A stretch of DNA of 63,507 bases, filler included, from Pelomyxa schiedti (Eukaryota; Protista; Evosea), in NCBI GenBank assembly GCA_020536535.1. It is 13 parts of 13 records of this genome, joined end to end, with 100 filler letters (N's around TTAATTAATTAA, not from the genome) between each part and the next. Parts side by side here need not be neighbours in the genome. Positions count along the whole stretch, not along the records: positions 54,256 to 63,507 come from JAHLWZ010001296.1; 12 more parts are not named here. The stretch is one strand, 5' to 3'. How positions within the stretch are numbered: position 1 is the stretch's first letter; each line of letters opens with the position of its first letter. Of this stretch, positions 58,691-63,507 are shown piece after piece. The position numbers were made by a program, and so were the translations under genes. The notes below the pieces were generated by a model. It worked only from the letters and a program-made list of their open reading frames with translations. It ran no database searches and was not told the origin of the DNA.

Positions 58691-60869
58691 ATGACGGACA
58701 ACGGCAACGAGCTTTCAGCGCCCCAGCCGGTGCAGGAGGTGACTCCCGTAATTGCACCCGCAAATGTGGACACAACCGCCACGGCGGCTGCCCCTGATCT
58801 CCCAACAACTGCCCCCCCACCGCCCCCACCTCCTCCTCCGCCCTCAAATTCGTCAGCTTCTTCGTGCAGCCACGCAAGTGAGCACGAGCCGTCGTCGTCG
58901 GCGTCTGCTGCGTTCGTCAACATGGACGACCGGCCCATTGAGCCGCTGGTTGCCAGCCTGCTTGCTTCCACCACCAAGTCCGAAGTCGCTGAGAGGGCGG
59001 CGGCGATACGTGAGCGCGTGAATCACCTGCTGGCTCCTCTGAGGGTGGCTGCCCGCGAGCGCCGCCCTCAGTGCTCTCACATGTGGCTGCCTTGCCGCGT
59101 GCCGAAATGGTGGGCAATCATCACTGCTGTGCGTAGGCATTCCTGGTTTTATTAGATGTTGGGGTAATGGAATTATGGGATAGTGGATGGGGTAGAATGG
59201 AGACAGACTAAATATGCTATGAAAGTGAGGAGGAAGTGGGATGGGCACGTGAAATGCTGTAGTTTTCTGCCTTGAAAACCAGGAGCTCTCTTAACATTGT
59301 GACCATAAGGTACTTTCTCAACCTCTGGATACCCCTATGAAAGTGGATGCTGCTCTGGCATCACTGCAGATGGCTATTGAGAGGGATGTACCTAACTTCT
59401 TTTTCACTGGCCTCATTGAAGAGGACGAGAGTCCTTCCCCAATTGACACTAAAGTATCCATCTCTCCTTTTGAGGACTTCTCATCTCCATAAGGAATTTA
59501 TGACTGTCACTCTCCCTTTTATACAAAAACTAGTGCTTAAAATGTCTGAGCTCTTCCCAGATGACATCCCCTTCTTATTCACCAAGTCACACATAACATT
59601 TACCCGCGAGCAGGTAAACACTGAAAAACAATCACTTTTACCTGACAAAATCATCAGGTCGCATGTTTGATAATCAGTAATTTTTTCAACATCCTCCTGG
59701 AGCCGAAGTCATACACCAACAAACATTTCCAATCCATCTCATTTTCTTCCCTTTTCCACCAGTGTTCCAATCCTGCATTCCCCTATTGCCTCATCAATTA
59801 TTTTATGAGAATAGCTCGGTGTATGCCCCAAGGAAGTGTATGTAGCCAAGACAAATAAACTCAACTAGTAACGTCTTTCTATCACAGCTCACCATTCGCC
59901 GTAAAGTCCTCGAAGATGCTGAGGTTCCATCCTGGGACACACTGGCAACACCACTTTGTCCCGTTGTTGTTCATGAAGAAGGACTTATTGAAGAAAGTGA
60001 GGCCGTCCTTCATGCTGACTTTGCAAATGAGTATATTGGTGGAGGCGTTCTTCACGGTGGTTGTGTGCAGGAAGAAATTCTATTTGTTTTGAGGCCAGAA
60101 TGTTTACTATCCATGTTTCTGTGCCCCAGAATGGAGTTGAAGGAGACAATTACCATTATCGGAGCTGAGAGGTTTTCCAACTACACAGGGTACTGTCTTT
60201 GTAAACTTCTTTCAAAACTAAACGCGTATTGAGATATGGGCGCCGATTTGCATATGCAGGAAATTATAATGAGCCAACCAATAGGCACAACGGATCTGGT
60301 GGAATTATCACACAGGTTGTGGCAATGGATGCGCTTATGGCAATGTGGTTGCACAGGGGGGACCAATTCAAAAAGCCATGTAGGGTTTTTCCTTCCTCCT
60401 GAAAATGAACTCAATGCACTCTAGGGTCTGAAAGGGATTTGAATAAAGCATATTGTGCTTTCATGCGCATCCCAGAAGATGGAGATGGTGCATTGGGACC
60501 TGTGGCAACAGGCAATTGGTAGCCAAGTTATTCAACAATAAATCCATCTACTTATTGGAAACAGGGGATGCGGCGCGTTTGGCGGCAACCATCAGTTGAA
60601 ATTCTTCCAACAATGGATTGCAGCTTCACAATCTGGTATTTATTCCTTTGCGCTAGTTTCATCAAACAATAACCTGACATAAAGGCCGCTCTATGGAGTA
60701 CTTTACGTTCCGAGAGAGGTTTGGAAATGCGGAAGAAATTGTTGAGCTTAGGAACAATCCCCACTTCAATATTGGAACATTGTGGACAGCACTGCACACT
60801 GCTGACACTTCTCAGGCCCGAGTAGACCTATTTGAACACATCAAGAAGGTCTTCAACACTGGTGAATAA
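58691..60869 (+). CDS. PARG: Poly(ADP-ribose) glycohydrolase
   Basis: ADFANEYIGGGVLHGGCVQEEI, GAERFSNYTGY, RDLNKAY, VATGNWGCGAFGG, QWIAAS. Confidence 0.93.
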
Positions 60870-60950
60870 AAAAAAAAACAGCAGGGGGCCTGTTGAAAAC
60901 AGAAAAAAAAAAGCTGTCTTTTGGAAGAACCAAGTTGTTGGGTTTATGGT

Positions 60951-61809
60951 TTATTCTTTATGCTTGTGGGTATTGAAGTGTTCATCCAAGTCGCACATAA
61001 TTCCAGTGACAAGAGAGAAGATCAACACAATATCATCAGCAAGGGATAGAGGGAACAATCCAAGTCCACTATGTGGGCTCACAATACAGTAGAAAATAGA
61101 CGAAATAAATGGAACCAGCACAGTTCTGTGAAAGGGGAAAAAAAGAGAAACGTAAGTCCGAGAGCTTATTTCTGAGGGTTGTAGATACGGGCTATGAAAG
61201 TATTGCTTCAAAGAGGCATCTCTGTCACCTCTCAAAACTCTGGCTATGTTGAGCACAAGGGATGTAGCACAGCCACCAAGGGTGCCCATTATGACACTGC
61301 CTGCAAAGGCACCACCGAGCATAACTTTCATTGCATTTATTGTTGATATTATACCAAGTGCGCGGTAAGTGTAATGCACCGCGCCAGTTGGAAGCTTTTG
61401 TATGTTTGGTGGGTGTAAGTAGTTGGTGGGGACAATGTGAAACGCATACCCACAGATACATTTTGGAAAAAAATTTGTAGAAAAGGTCCTCAGGGCATAG
61501 ATAAAAGAGTGCCCTAGGGTAGTAAGTATAATAACTTCTCAATAAACTATATAGGGCACAATACCATATTATAGTGTAAACAAGACACTGGTAATTGTCA
61601 GACAAAATTGCAGGAACTTTGGCCAGCAGCATGCTGGATAAAAAACCCCCGGCTGTGCACGACAAAAATGCGAGGACCAAGGACAAGCCCACGGCGGACT
61701 GGCTTTTCGAGATCATGGGACGGGTCCAGTGGATCATGTACAGGCCATGGCACACAGGCAGCCCGTACCGCCACAGAGGCCCTTCAGTGTTGATCAGTTC
61801 CCACAACAT
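60951..61809 (-). CDS. Trimeric intracellular cation (TRIC/TMEM38) channel
   Basis: Multi-TM protein with LSCTAGGFLSSMLLAKVP, W..LFYLCPEDLFYK and IMGTLGGC motifs. Confidence 0.75.
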
Positions 61810-61985
61810 GAGCCTTTTTTTTTCGTTGTAATCTCCTTCTCAGAGAGGCGAGCTTCTGAGGGAAACCCGCAACCTAAGACTATCTTGCCCAAGTGGGTGC
61901 GTATGCGGCCCAGGGCGCCCAGTCGGAGAACGATTCTGGAAAAAGGGTGTACTCCAAATTAGTTTCAAAAGGGTTGCTGCACCCG

Positions 61986-63179
61986 ATGGCGGCGGCAGTG
62001 TCATGTGACAGAAGCTGCTTGTCAACACGGAGAACGAGGGTCTGGGCCTTGGTATTTGTGGGCTGTGTCGCTGCGTTGGCGACAGCCGACGAAACCGTGC
62101 CCTTTGCAGTCGTGGGATACGTCCCCGAGTGGCGCTACTCGGGCATCAACTGGAACCAGCTTGCCCAGCGCACCACCCACCTCATCCTCTTCTCCATAGA
62201 GGCCTCCTTCCCCTCCTCATACCCCTCCGAGACCCCCCAGGAGCTCCAGGGCCTCGCCGCCCTCGACCGCCTGCCCCCGGCCTCCTCCCTCGGCGAGGCC
62301 CGCGCCGCCGCGGACGAGTGGGGCACCAAGCTGCTCGTCTGCATCGGGGGCAACGCGCGGAGCGCCGCCCTGGGCCCCGCGACCGCGACGGCGGCGGCCC
62401 GCGGGGTCCTCGCCCGCTCGCTCGCGGCTCTGTGCGCGGCCCACGGGCTGGACGGCGTGGACCTCAACTGGGAATACCCCAGGGACGGCGCACAGTGGCG
62501 GGCCCTTTTTGCTCTCGTTGGGGACCTCAGGGCCTCGCTCCCGAGTGGGTCTGTGGTGACTATGGCTCTGTATCCAGGCCAGGAGAGGCTCATTACTAGC
62601 CACGTGGCTTCTCAGGTGGACTTGTTCCACATGATGGCTTATGATAGTGTGTACTAACTAAATTCACCCCCACATGCCACTCTATCGGAATACTATAATG
62701 GAGCACAACTTTGAAAAAAAAAGGTATTTTGCAACAACTCATGTACATAAATTCGCAAAGATGTGAATTGCAACAATCCTCCATGCCACCATTCTTCCTA
62801 CGATTTTGCAGCCCAAGTTGTGCATTCTGTCTCTCACCTCCCACAAGTGCCTTCATTCAAATTCACCCTGGGGCTACCATTCTACAGCCGGCACCACCAC
62901 ACTGGCAACTGGGTTGCTTACTATGACATCGACCCACAAGTGCGATCTGACCCTGAGCTTGATCACAGTGGTGAGCAGTGCTTCAATGGAGCTAATACAC
63001 TCATCAACAAAGTCAACCTTGCAAAGCAATCAGGCCTTGGTGGAATAATGATATGGGAAGTGGGGCAGGACATATTCCCCCAATCCCACAATTCTCTCCT
63101 TGACATTGTCTGGTGTGCAACACAACAGCAACATAGCCAACAATGCAAATCACCCACACAAGTACACCCAGAACTCTGA
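61986..63179 (+). CDS. GH18 chitinase-like protein, secreted
   Basis: Signal-like hydrophobic N-terminus, VVGYVPEW, THLILF, KLLVCIGG, LDGVDLNWEYP, MMAYD, LGLPFYSR, GLGGIMIWEVGQD. Confidence 0.9.
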
Positions 63180-63507
63180 ATAACTCCTTTTTATCTTTTT
63201 TGATTTAACCAACCCCAGCAAAACGAACAAAATATGACATCCCCTAAAAAAAGCTTTGTAAAAAGGAGTTTCATTATCGTACACACCATAGGTATGAGAT
63301 TTAGGATTAAGATTCACAATAACAGGTTATCATAGTTTTTTTTGTGCATCTGTTGTGGTGTTTTGAATTCTACAAAATGAAAAACAAACAAACAAAGGTA
63401 ACCACACAAAAACGAACGTTTTTGTGTGGACCAGGACACACAACCATTCTGAGGGGAGGAAATAATGGACATATATAATAATATATCATTGGTGCTTTGT
63501 TGGATAG

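Overview
Eukaryotic, intron-rich (short GT-AG introns) protist DNA. The gene content and a large 'ARDQ..AL..HPRCG' gene family suggest an amoebozoan such as Pelomyxa (inference). The window is not contiguous: 12 N-TTAATTAATTAA-N linkers join about 13 contigs, and five 100-N scaffold gaps plus fold-back or duplicated ends suggest an assembly from amplified DNA. Recognisable genes: CUL4 (3' part), SNM1/DCLRE1-family nuclease, two SET-domain methyltransferases (one SETD3-like), RPN8/PSMD7, PARG, TRIC/TMEM38 channel, GH18 chitinase, F-box, ZZ, ankyrin, MORN and RING proteins, an RGS+4xLIM protein, a 4xMIB/HERC2+ZZ+ankyrin protein and a Ty3/Gypsy gag-protease fragment. The most interesting items are: (1) an intronless gene at 29541 combining a bacterial polymorphic-toxin-like N-terminal domain, a glycine zipper and a 'GGV...LDYxxKG' domain, whose upstream region is duplicated and carries a 70-bp inversion next to MITE ends; (2) an expanded HPRCG-motif family, found twice head-to-head with a catalytically degenerate Rho GTPase; (3) a SelO-like pseudokinase. 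All family assignments come from reading motifs, not from database searches.
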